Shown in pieces: positions 29,687-40,130 of a stretch of DNA of 64,000 nt. The number at the start of each line of letters is the position of its first letter. The stretch's first letter is position 1. The notes below the pieces were generated by a model. The model ran no database searches. It worked only from the letters and a program-made list of their open reading frames with translations, and had not been told where the DNA came from. A program made the position numbers and the translations under genes. Origin of the DNA: Bugula neritina (lineage: Eukaryota > Animalia > Bryozoa). The stretch is taken from NCBI GenBank assembly GCA_964035545.1, contig OZ037768.1, positions 12,781,675 through 12,845,674 on the forward strand, given 5' to 3'.

Positions 29687-29706
29687 CTTCCGCCAACCGT
29701 GGGCCT
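29662..29706 (+). promoter_or_regulatory. Predicted -1 programmed ribosomal frameshift signal (T TTA AAC plus 11-bp stem)
   Basis: The heptamer is in gag frame and the -1 frame is open into pol. Stem aggctcacggt/accgtgggcct. Equivalent signal in copy 1. Confidence 0.8.
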
Positions 29707-32700
29707 CACGCCAATCCCATCCGGGATAGGACTCAAAGAGGAGAAGAAGAGACCTCCACAGGGTCTGCCGATACCGAGTGGCAGAGGCCACGGAGACCTC
29801 GGAGACCGCAAGGTCTACCCGATCCTCCGGCCGTGTCACTCGAGACCCGGATGCAGCTAGAAGAAGCAGGATGGCAGGCACCTCGGAGATCTCGGAGGCC
29901 GCAAGGTCTACCCGATCCTCCAGCCTGGCCACTCCGTAACCGGTTCGCGGGGTTGCCCGAGGAGGTTGTGGAGAAGGATTCAGCTTACTCGCAAGAGTAC
30001 CCCAAGCTACCCTCCCGACCTCAGAAAACCCCCGTTGTCTCTAAGACGAAGAGGAGGCCCGCTGTGCGGACCCAAGTTGTGTCTCCCCCAGAGACTGACC
30101 GCTCCAGGAGCACCCAGCCGTATGGAAGCAGCTACTTCCTGCCCGGAAAGATTTCGGGTAAAGCTGCCACATTCCTACTGGATACTGGGTGCACTACCAA
30201 CCTGCTGAGTAGGCGTCTCTTTGACACTCTTGGTGCACGAGAGCGGGCGAGCCTCGAGCCGTATGAAGGTGCGCATGGTACGTTGGCGGACGGATCATGC
30301 ATTCCTTTCTACGGCGTCATTTCACTACCTGGACGCGTCCGTGATCAAGCAATTCACGAGACGTTCATAGTCAGCCAGCTGAAGGAGGACGCCATCCTGG
30401 GAATGCCGTTTCTGGAGAAACACCAGTGTCACATGGATTTCCAGAAGTCAGTGGTGGTGATGGCTGGGAAGGAGCTTGTCTGCGTCGACAAGTTCGGAAG
30501 GCCCTTGGTGGGCGGAGTCCAGGTAGTGCGGGACTGCACGGTTCCGGGGAGATCCCAGGCGACTCTTCGCTGCAGAGTCAACTGCAAGGGGATCGCCGGC
30601 CTGGGGGTGGTTGAGGGAACACACGGAGCGATCCGACTAGCAAACAGCCTGAATCGGCTAGATTGTCGGCAGGAGCTCCTCGTGCAGTGCATCAACCCCT
30701 TCACGGAACCTATCCGATTATCGGCTGGAGCGCTGGTGGGGAAGTACCACTCCATCCAGGAAGCGGATGTGGGTCCGGCACTGGAGACAGTGGCCGACAC
30801 CCAGGGTAAACCCCCTCACACCAGACGAGGAGCAGTCCCGGAGCATGTGGCTGACCTATACGATGGAGCGTGCGGAAACTGTACCAGTAGTACTGAACGC
30901 CAAGTACTGGCTCAACTACTTGCAGAGTACAGTGATGTCTTCAGTCGTGGCGATGAAGACATGGGGCTGACCAAGGTCATCTCCCACGAGATACCCCTGG
31001 CAGCCGGCACCACTCCCATCAGGCAGCCTACCCGGCGTCTAGGCCCGGAGAAGGAGAAGGAGGTGAGCCGACAGGTACAGGATCTTCTCGACCGGAATCT
31101 GATTGAGCCTGCCCACGGTGCGTGGAGCTCTCCAGTAGTCCTGGTCAAGAAGAAGGATGGTAGCTGGAGATTCTGCGTGGACTACCGCAGACTCAACAGC
31201 GTTACCATCCAGGACGCCTACCCTCTCCCACGGATAGATGAGTCTCTAGATGCCCTCGCGGGTAGCAAGTACTTCAGTACTTTGGATCTGCTTAGCGGGT
31301 ACTGGCAAGTACCCCTCAGTCCTGATGCCCAGGACAAAGCAGCATTCATCACTCGCGACGGGCTCTGGAAGTGGAAAGTACTGCCATTTGGACTAACGTC
31401 CGCTCCGGCAACTTTCCAACGGCTCATGGAGCAGGTCCTCAGTGGGTTACACTGGAAGACCCTCCTCATCTATCTAGACGACGTCATTGTCATTTCCCCA
31501 GACTTCTCGACTCATGTCAGTCGTCTGCGGGAGGTCTTTGACCGTCTCCGGGCAGCTGGACTGAAGCTGAAGCCCTCCAAGTGTGCACTCCTGCAGCCGG
31601 AAGTCACGTACCTTGGCCATGTGGTTGGCCGTGATGGGGTCGCTACCGACCCAGAGAAGGTACAGGCTGTGAAGGAGTGGACTGTCCCCCGTGACCTCCC
31701 TGAGTTGCGCGCGTTCCTGGGCCTAGTAGGGTACTACCGGCAGTACATACCTGGCTTCGCAGGAGTGGCTCAGCCGTTAAATCGGCTGACCGCAAAGGGG
31801 GTCCGGTGGCAGTGGACACAGGAGGAGCAGCAGGCATTTGACCACCTCAAGCAGCGGCTAATGGAGGCGCCAATTCTGGCGTATCCTGACCCAGCCCAAG
31901 AGTACATCCTGGACACTGACGCCAGCGACCACAGCGTGGGAGCTGTCCTGTCTCAAGTCCAGGGTGGAAGTGAGGTGGTCGTAGCTTACTACAGCAAGAC
32001 TCTCGCGGCCGCCGAGAAGAACTACTGCACCACTAGGAAGGAACTCCTAGCAGTAGTCAAGGCGGTCAAGCACTTTCGGCCATATCTGTATGGGAGAACG
32101 TTCCGTTTGCGAACAGACCATGCATCACTGATATGGCTGTGTAAACGTGCAGAGCCCTCGAGCCAGGTGGCTCGTTGGCTAGAGATTCTTGCCGAGTTCT
32201 CTTACCGGATAGAGCACCGTGCTGGCCGGAAGCACGGGAACGCCGACGGCATGAGCCGCCGGCCGGTAGGAGACTGTAAGCAGTGCCTGCACATTGAGAA
32301 GCGGGACGGGGGACCCGCTCGCCTTGACGTGGAAACAGAGTTAGGGGAGGGCGCCGTCTATCGGTGGGAGCACGGCCATCTTCGGACCGAAACCCACTCA
32401 GACGACGTCCAGGCGCTTCACGCCAACCCCACTCTATACCAGAATGTCAAGGAGCTGTGCCGACTCCAGGAGACGCTACCCGGTGCGGTAGCGGACATCT
32501 TCCGGGCCAAGAAGGAGGGCCGACGACCTAGCGAGGAACAGCAGCGGCAGGGAGACGTTGAGTTCCAACTCCTCTGTCGTCGCTGGGACGCCCTCAAGGT
32601 CAGTCCTGATGGCCTCCTGATGATAACGTTAGCAGCAGACAACCGTCAGCAGGAGAGGGACCGCGTCGTCTGTCCACGCGCCCTCCGACGGGAACTGATC

Positions 32701-34584
32701 TGGGACACCCATAAGCAGGCTCATTCTGGAGTCAGCCGGGTCATCAGGTGTCTGCGGCTGCGTTGGTATTGGCCCGGAATGACTCGGGACGTACGACTGC
32801 GGGTACGGCAATGCGAGGTCTGCCAAGCTAGTAAGCATGGCCGCCCCACGGAAACCACTGGTCGACGCCGGCTATACGCTGGTCGACCGTGGCAAGTAGT
32901 GGCGGTGGACCTCGTCGGGCCTATGCCGTTATCCGCCAGAGGGAACACCTGGATACTGGTGCTCACGGACCACTTCACCCGGTGGGCAGATGCTCTGGCT
33001 ATTCCAGACGCAACAGCCCCCACGGTGGCCCGGACCCTGGACCAACATGTGTTCTGTTACCTCGGTTTACCCGAGCAGATACATACGGACCAGGGTGCCC
33101 AGTTCCAGTCCCAGCTCATGGGAGACCTCTGCCGGATATGGGGGGTGAACCAGAGTCGGACCACCCCATATCACCCGCAAGGGAACGGAGTCGTCGAGCG
33201 GAACAACAGGATGTTGGGTGACGCCCTCAGGAGCCTGCTCCTTGGCCGAGGTCAGGAAGAATGGGACGTGGTGCTGCCGCAAATCATGCGGGCTTACCGC
33301 AGCACACCACACTCCGCCACGCAGGAGACCCCAAACTTCCTGATGCTAGGCCGAGAGACGCGGGTTCCGGAACACCTGACATACCATGTTCCTGCTCCCG
33401 AGTCACCGGTACACGAATATGTGGAGGGTCTGATAGACATCATGGGCAAAGCTCATGATGCACTGCGTACCCAGCAGTGGCAGACCCGCACAGAGGACTC
33501 GGAGGAGCCCCCGTTGTACCAGGTGGGAGACTGGGTCTGGATGGTGAGCTATCGTAGGCGACGCGGACAGTCGGCTAAGCTTCAGCCCAAGTTCGTCGGT
33601 CCCTACTGCGTGGTAGAGGTGCTGCCAAACCATACATACCGTGTGGAGCGCTCTGGACAGGTCTCAGTCCAGAGCGAGCAGCGCCTGAAGCCGTACCAGG
33701 CCAGCCCAGACGCGGTGGGTCAAGCCCCACCCCTCCTGGAGCCCCACCGCCAGCCCAGCCGTCGAGGACAGGCCACCCGCCCTCGAGAGGTGGAAATTGT
33801 GTTCCCCAGAGAGGCGGACCAGGAGCAAACCGCCCTGTTGGAGCAGCTGGAGCGACAACAGAGAGAGGAGCGGGAACAAGAACGACAGCAAGCCCTAGGA
33901 CCACCACCCCTCCAGGGGGAGGACACCCCCACCCGTGTTACGGGTGAAGGCGGGGACCCCCCTTCAGCGGTAGCTGAGGAGCCACCGGCACCAGCAGCGC
34001 CTATACAGCAGGAACGGAGTCAGAGGGCCAGAAGGCCCCCCAGATATCTGGCGGACTACCACGTGGGACACATGGAGATGTCCCCACAGAGGAGTGGTAC
34101 ACCCAGTACGGGTAAAAACTCCGAGCCTCAGTTGCAGAACAGCCCTGGCAGTACCGGACTTCTCCAAAAGCAATTACTCCCAGACCAGCACAGTCACCTG
34201 GACAACAGGTACCCAGCTCTTTCGGGTAATGTTGGTCGAGGTAGGTGGCGATACCCCATACCTATGACTGACTTGGACCCCCCTCCAGAAGAAGAAGATG
34301 AGGCCACGACCCTACTACCCACCCAGCTGATTGGAGATGGCGCTACCGCAGCCACCACCCAGCCTCTACGGGTAGCGCTGGCAAGACTGGGCAAGGAGCC
34401 TGGAGCACCAGGCGGCCAGATAGAAGAGAAGACCCAGCCGACCCACTCACAATTGCCCCGTCACGGGCAGAGTATGGCACTTCCTTACCGCGAGTGCGTC
34501 TTTGATAGTGCAATCCATGCCTGGTCCAGTATCCTTGACCAATGTACCGAAGAGATAGAAAGCCTGGTGCACCACCTCCAATGA
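29662..34584 (+). CDS. pol: Pol polyprotein (PR-RT-RNaseH-IN) with a long C-terminal extension
   Basis: Uninterrupted frame (ORF 29833-34584, open back to the slippery site) with DTG, YLDD, DAS, HHCC, DDE and GPY motifs. Confidence 0.95.
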   Translation, partial: FKHPRLTVTSANRGPHANPIRDRTQRGEEETSTGSADTEWQRPRRPRRPQGLPDPPAVSLETRMQLEEAGWQAPRRSRRPQGLPDPPAWPLRNRFAGLPEEVVEKDSAYSQEYPKLPSRPQKTPVVSKTKRRPAVRTQVVSPPETDRSRSTQPYGSSYFLPGKISGKAATFLLDTGCTTNLLSRRLFDTLGARERASLEPYEGAHGTLADGSCIPFYGVISLPGRVRDQAIHETFIVSQLKEDAILGMPFLEKHQCHMDFQKSVVVMAGKELVCVDKFGRPLVGGVQVVRDCTVPGRSQATLRCRVNCKGIAGLGVVEGTHGAIRLANSLNRLDCRQELLVQCINPFTEPIRLSAGALVGKYHSIQEADVGPALETVADTQGKPPHTRRGAVPEHVADLYDGACGNCTSSTERQVLAQLLAEYSDVFSRGDEDMGLTKVISHEIPLAAGTTPIRQPTRRLGPEKEKEVSRQVQDLLDRNLIEPAHGAWSSPVVLVKKKDGSWRFCVDYRRLNSVTIQDAYPLPRIDESLDALAGSKYFSTLDLLSGYWQVPLSPDAQDKAAFITRDGLWKWKVLPFGLTSAPATFQRLMEQVLSGLHWKTLLIYLDDVIVISPDFSTHVSRLREVFDRLRAAGLKLKPSKCALLQPEVTYLGHVVGRDGVATDPEKVQAVKEWTVPRDLPELRAFLGLVGYYRQYIPGFAGVAQPLNRLTAKGVRWQWTQEEQQAFDHLKQRLMEAPILAYPDPAQEYILDTDASDHSVGAVLSQVQGGSEVVVAYYSKTLAAAEKNYCTTRKELLAVVKAVKHFRPYLYGRTFRLRTDHASLIWLCKRAEPSSQVARWLEILAEFSYRIEHRAGRKHGNADGMSRRPVGDCKQCLHIEKRDGGPARLDVETELGEGAVYRWEHGHLRTETHSDDVQALHANPTLYQNVKELCRLQETLPGAVADIFRAKKEGRRPSEEQQRQGDVEFQLLCRRWDALKVSPDGLLMITLAADNRQQERDRVVCPRALRRELIWDTHKQAHSGVSRVIRCLRLRWYWPGMTRDVRLRVRQCEVCQASKHGRPTETTGRRRLYAGRPWQVVAVDLVGPMPLSARGNTWILVLTDHFTRWADALAIPDATAPTVARTLDQHVFCYLGLPEQIHTDQGAQFQSQLMGDLCRIWGVNQSRTTPYHPQGNGVVERNNRMLGDALRSLLLGRGQEEWDVVLPQIMRAYRSTPHSATQETPNFLMLGRETRVPEHLTYHVPAPESPVHEYVEGLIDIMGKAHDALRTQQWQTRTEDSEEPPLYQVGDWVWMVSYRRRRGQSAKLQPKFVGPYCVVEVLPNHTYRVERSGQVSVQSEQRLKPYQASPDAVGQAPPLLEPHRQPSRRGQATRPREVEIVFPREADQEQTALLEQLERQQREEREQERQQALGPPPLQGEDTPTRVTGEGGDPPSAVAEEPPAPAAPIQQERSQRARRPPRYLADYHVGHMEMSPQRSGTPSTGKNSEPQLQNSPGSTGLLQKQLLPDQHSHLDNRYPALSGNVGRGRWRYPIPMTDLDPPPEEEDEATTLLPTQLIGDGATAATTQPLRVALARLGKEPGAPGGQIEEKTQPTHSQLPRHGQSMALPYRECVFDSAIHAWSSILDQCTEEIESLVHHLQ

Positions 34585-34788
34585 CCAAACCGAACAATTA
34601 GGCATTAGCCGCCCGAACTGTATATATTATGGGTGCTACTACGATTGTTTATTGTGACACGCCTGATTAATCATAATACTTTTTCTGTTAACCACATATT
34701 TTCTACTGTTGTGTTTTATTTTTGACCTGTTTGTACAAACACCTTGTCTCTGTTATCGAAAAGGGGATGCTTTTCGATGGGGGGAGAA

Positions 34789-35346
34789 TGTAATGGATTT
34801 TCACCCTCTTTTAGTTTCGAAATAACAGCGTGCAACAGTATATTATAAATACTGTTGCGTATCATTCTTAATTCTGTAATTATAGTTAAGTAAGTTAGCT
34901 TGCTAATGCCTAAGTATGGTAATTACTGTTAAAGCTCAACATAATGTAATTTTACTGAAATACGCATTCTGAAGTTATGTAATATTTCTTTTACTAATGT
35001 TGCTTCTTTTGTGTGTGTCCTTTGTTGCTGAGATCGGCATTTCGGTCTTCCGAAATGCCGATGTGCCGAAAATCGGCGTTTCGGCATTTCGGAGTCCCGA
35101 AATGCCGATATTCGGCATTTCAGAACCCCGATCTCGGCAACAAAGGAATGTCTTTGTCTCGCTTGTGTATAAAAGCCAGCGAGTTCCAGTGTAGTTCAGA
35201 CTACTACTGGAGCTCGCTGGTAGTAGGACCACATAAGCTGTATTTGATGCTAATAAAGTTATCTTCATTCGTATTCAGAATACTTGGCTTATTCTCTCTA
35301 GAGCATGTAGGCACTAGTTGCATTCAAAACCCACAAGTTTACTACA
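34789..35346 (+). repeat. 3' LTR of copy 2
   Basis: Near-identical to 28173-28730. Confidence 0.96.
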
Positions 35347-35417
35347 ATATTACATTTCATTAGCCTGGTATTTTAGCATTTTCAGCAAATAAATTTTTTT
35401 AAGCAGCTGATTGGTAG

Positions 35418-35910
35418 TAATTGAGAAGAGCACATTAGTTTGTGTTACATTTCATTAGTAATCTCAGCATTTTAGTGAATAACTTTTCTCATAAGAATGA
35501 TCAGTTTTTTTTATTTACATTGAACAGTTATTTCATTTGTTAGCATTTCTTCATGATAATTGAGAAGAGCACATTAGTTTGTGTTACATTTCATTAGTAA
35601 TCTCAGCATTTTTAGTGAACAATTTTTCTCATAAAAATAATCAGATTTTTTATTTACATTGAACAGTTATTTCATTTGTTAGCATTTCTTCATGATAATT
35701 GAGAAGAGCACATTAGTTTGTGTTACATTTCATTAGTAATCTCAGCATTTTTAGTGAATAACTTTTCTCATAAGAATGATCAGTTTTGTTTTATTCATAT
35801 TATTGAACATATATTTCATTTTTATTATTTGGCAACATTTCTCAATAGTAATTGAGAACAGTACATTAGTTTGTGTTACATTTCATTAGTAATCTCAGCA
35901 TTTTTAAGTG
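35418..35910. repeat. ~139-bp tandem repeat (~3.5 copies) inside the Polinton
   Basis: taattgagaagagcacattagtttgtgttacatttcattag recurs at ~35418, 35557, 35696 and 35849. Confidence 0.88.
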
Positions 35911-36070
35911 ATTAAACTTTTTAACACAAATATCACTTTTTCCAAAAAAAAGTTAACAGACAGCAGCGTATTGAGTATACAAAAGTATAGATACAGTATT
36001 AGCTTTGTAAACACATGTAAAATGTTAGCTATTATAATGGTTAATGTAACTCATAACAATATTGAAAAAA

Positions 36071-37597
36071 TTAAAGAAATTTCAGATTTGGTTTATTGAC
36101 TTTGAAATACCCTTTCTCATTAGGACCAAGATCCTCTAACTGAATTTCGCAGATGTTTAAGGCCCAAACATATTCGTTGCCATACATTTTTATAGGCCCA
36201 GACCTTAACACTGCCGTGAGCCTCATGCACATTTTCTCTAGTTCTTCTGCCGGCAACAAAACTGGCTTTCCGTTAACTCGAGCATTAACACACGCTTTGT
36301 CTTCCATATTTCTAACTACATCTACATAACAGCCCACGAGTGAGCTGTTCTCATTTTTACCGTGAAACCTAATGTTCTTATCAAAAATTTGAGAAGCATA
36401 ATTTTTCAAATTTTCTAATACCCTACTTTTTTTTATATACAAGCATGGGCCGCCTTTTGGAACTGTCGATTTGTAACATTTGAGTTCACCGACGAACTCC
36501 GAAGATCTAACATAAAAATGTTTCTCATGGTTGTATGTCAAAACTATCCTATCCCCCTCCCTATAAAAAGCCAGTTTTGTTGCCTCAAATGATGTTTCAT
36601 CTTTTAGGTAATGTTGCTTACCATCATCGATCCTGAAACAAAATAAATAGTCTATCAAAACATTATTTAGGGAGTAATTTTTACAATACAATAAAATGAA
36701 AAGTGTTATATCTGTGCTAATATAATGAAATAATGTAGGTGAAGATATAATACTTACTTTGCATGGTCTTTTTCATTTTCGTTTTGAGGGTTTTGAGATT
36801 GTGCAGTGGTTTCAGTTTCTCTATAATTCAAGATATATAATTTATTATGACTTGAAAAATAAGTATTATGAACCAAATGTTAAATTTTGTGGTAGATTTA
36901 ATGTTGTAAGCAGATACCAAGATTTCTAACAAACTTACTTGTCAGGAAGTGTGTGATCTTCTGTCACTTTAGGAGCTTTTAGTTTTTCCTTATTACTTTC
37001 ACCATCGCTAAAAAAATATTTATTTATTAGCCAAATAACTATCCCTATATATAAAAAGTAAAATGTGTCTATTATCTTAAATTATTTAATAATCAGTTAA
37101 ATAATGCTGTATGTAACTTACTTTTTTCGTTTCCTTGAGGGTTTTTTTTCTTTTTCAGCGAGCTTCTTTGTATCCGCTAATTCTTTTTCAAGTAGTTTTA
37201 TTCTTGCAAGAGGGCTGAAATTAGATAAGCATATATTTTTTTTTCAACTATACTTATGGCAGGAAAACTATAGATGTGCTATGAGCCTACTAATTTTCAT
37301 TTTCGCATGAAAATGTTGTTGATAATAAGGTTCAATTCTAGATTATTTTTTAATATGATGTACAAAAAAAAGAAAAATACCTTGCAAGCAGAGTAAAATT
37401 ACCTAAGAATAAATATATTTTTAACTACATTTAGCATAAATACTATATAGGAGATGAAACGTCAGCCTAATAGTTTTTTTTAGCATGAAAAAATTATAGA
37501 TATGTGAAAATTAAGATAAATGTTTAAATTCAAAGTAAAAATAAATTAAAATATTAATAATATATAAAACTTACTCTGTTGTAGAAGTTGTAGCCAT
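36071..37597 (-). CDS. Intact five-exon Polinton gene, 269 aa, unknown function (possible OB-fold ssDNA-binding protein). Exons 37597-37575, 37214-37122, 37007-36939, 36820-36758, 36632-36071
   Basis: Four GTAAGT...AG introns, all phase 2, give one open 810-nt frame: a charged/basic N-terminus plus a globular C-terminal domain. Confidence 0.78.
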
Positions 37598-37649
37598 GAT
37601 GAGATATCTGTGAAGGTGTACCAGGAGAACTTTACTGATGAGATTGAGA

Positions 37650-38670
37650 TTTGACCAAGTTTTTATATTAGTAGATGATGTTCTTATAAGCGATGCCTCT
37701 AACCTATACCACTATAGAGCTATGATTGAGACTCTGTTGAGTTATAGCAATGAAGCCAAAGAATCCCAGTTAACTATGGGGTTATTCTCAAAAGATACAG
37801 CATCTGCAATGGATAACTTTGAAAATGATAATAAAGGATTAGTTAGCAGAAGAGCGTTTACTGCTGGAAGTAATACTGTTCAACTTATGGGTAAACTTCA
37901 CTCTGACATATTTTTCCAAAACCGGTATCTACTAAATGGAATTGATGTCAAGCTCAAACTTGTGAGAAACTCAAATAAACTTGTATTGATGGCTGCTGCT
38001 AACTCACAATATAAGTTGAAAATTGCTCACGCATCTATGTTCATCAGAAGAGTGAAGGTGAACAATGGAATTCAATTGAGACATATTGAAATGATGGAAA
38101 AACAATTAAAACCAGCAATCTATCCAATACGAAGGGTAGCAATGAAAACTTTTAGTATTGCGACAGGATCATTATCATGCAAGGAAGAAAATTTGTTCAA
38201 TGGAGTTCTACCCAAAAGTATAGTCATTGGATTGGTAGATGCTCAAAGTTTTGAGGGTGCCTACAATCTTAATTCATTCAACTTTAAACATAAAACTCTG
38301 AAATACTGTAGCTTATTAATTGATGGAAAAAATGATACCACAAAAACCTCAAGTCAGTGATTTTGAAAAAAATACAACACTCAGAAACTATTTTATGTTA
38401 CTGGAAAGCACTGGAAAATCATTTAATGATGCTGGAATTGGGATAGATAGATCAGAATATAATAATGGCTACTCGTTATTAGCTTTCGATTTAACCCCTA
38501 ACCTCCAAGAGGATGGTTGCTATCACCTTATAAAAAAGGGGAATGCTAGATTAGAGTTAAAGTTTGACGTGCCTTTGAACACACCAGTCAATGTTATAGT
38601 GTACGCTGAGTTTGACTCCGCCATCAAAGTGGATAAAAACAGGGCTGTAATGACAAACTTTTACATATAA
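37650..38670 (+). pseudogene. Polinton major capsid protein (double jelly-roll), N-terminally deleted, with a +1 frameshift in the A-run near 38326
   Basis: YHYRAMIETLLSYS..AKESQL, GKLHSDIFFQNRYLLNG, FNF, GYSLLAFDLTP and IVYAEF motifs typical of Polinton MCP. Confidence 0.88.
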
Positions 38671-39212
38671 TGGATAGCAAACAAATCTACAGGATATTAA
38701 AGGCAGATAGAGCTGTTGAAGAATTAAACTTTTTAGGAGTCTTTCCTATAGACCTAATACCAATGTCTGCTCAAAGGTTTCCATGTTGTATGGTTATAAA
38801 TACGAAACCACACGATCACCCTGGAGAGCATTGGGTGGCAGTTGTGAAAACAGAAGATAGAAAAGGAATATTTTTTGACAGTTATGGTGTACCACCGTAT
38901 AACCTACCTGAGATTGGAGATGTGCTAAATAACTGTAATGAATGGACATTTGATGATATTCCGCTGCAATCCCTTTATAGTACAGTGTGTGGTCAATACG
39001 TTATATTCTTCTTAACTCATATTGCAAGGGGTTTGAGTCTAGAAAAAATATCTTACTTGTTGAATGATAATGGCGATAGATTAGCTAATGATGCTATGAT
39101 ATTTAATTATATTCGAGAAAAGTATAGTAATACAAATGTTGGTACAGATAAACTTGAAATTATTGACTTTCCATTTTTACTAAACCAAGTTGCTTCTTCA
39201 GTGAATATTTAA
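38670..39212 (+). CDS. Adenain-type cysteine maturation protease
   Basis: NT..H..PGEHWVA, FFDSYG, LQ...STVCGQY. TAATG overlap with the MCP stop codon. Confidence 0.92.
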   Translation: MDSKQIYRILKADRAVEELNFLGVFPIDLIPMSAQRFPCCMVINTKPHDHPGEHWVAVVKTEDRKGIFFDSYGVPPYNLPEIGDVLNNCNEWTFDDIPLQSLYSTVCGQYVIFFLTHIARGLSLEKISYLLNDNGDRLANDAMIFNYIREKYSNTNVGTDKLEIIDFPFLLNQVASSVNI

Positions 39213-39567
39213 CACTATCATATTCGTATTGACATCTATATAAGCTAGAATTCTATTATTCATTACTGTCACACAAAAAACACTTTCTTTTTTTTCACAC
39301 TAGTTAATACTATTTAATTCTTAATGTTGTAGTATATATTCTTATTTTTACTTGGTCATAGTGAATAATTATAATAAAGATATGTTAACCATTCAACAAG
39401 CGGTATTAGTACGCATCATACATATGATTTTTTTTGCAATATTTGAAAGTAGTACTTACCAGCATACTGTATCAATCCCACAGTGAAAAACGTTATCAGC
39501 AACTGAATAATACGGTGTTCATTTAACTCTCTCTGCAATCATTTGGTAATCGCTAGGTGAGGGTAAT

Positions 39568-40130
39568 GTATTAGTGTATGTAATCGGATTGTATGGGAAG
39601 TTCAATAGTATATATCTATTTAGAACACTCAACTAATCGCAGCAAACGCATCTTCAAGACTGATGATATATACAATAGCTTTATAAAGATTCAATATGAC
39701 TATTACATTAACCATACTGGTTGCTTGCAAAGCCACAAAGATAAGGTCTATTCATAACATAAAGGAAAACAGCACAATAATACTATTTACAAAACATCTT
39801 ACATAACCACATAATGCAATGTCATGCAAATTACAGTATATCAATGCAATTATCAATAAGGCTTGAGAAAGTATGCCAAACCGTTATAATAAATGCAGAG
39901 ACAGTCTTGGTAGCTATGAATCTAACAAAGACTGTAAACTATTTCTAAACGACTATGCCTCCTCAAGTGCGATGTAAACTATTTTAAAATGCCCTATACA
40001 ATTCTACGGACGATGTAAACTATTTTAAAATGCCCTATACAATTCTACGGACGATGTAAACTATTTTAAAATGCCCTATACAATTCTACTGACGATGTAA
40101 ACTAGTTGAAAAGTGGCTTCCTATACTACT
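39568..40130 (-). repeat. Polinton right TIR (matched part, 563 bp)
   Basis: Inverted copy of 14676-15222. Confidence 0.95.

Larger units (their letters stand above)
28173..35346 (+). mobile_element. Full-length, apparently intact Ty3/Gypsy LTR retrotransposon copy 2
   Basis: 558-bp LTRs at 28173-28730 and 34789-35346 (2 differences seen). TSD ATAT at 28169-28172 and 35347-35350. PBS-Leu at 28732-28749, PPT at 34779-34788, open gag and pol. Confidence 0.97.
14676..40130. mobile_element. Polinton/Maverick (adintovirus-like) element, internally deleted and non-autonomous
   Basis: Starts AGTAGTATAGG and ends CCTATACTACT. 6-bp TSD AACATA at 14670-14675 and 40131-40136. Long TIRs. Encodes pPolB, ATPase, MCP and a cysteine protease. 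Confidence 0.96.
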
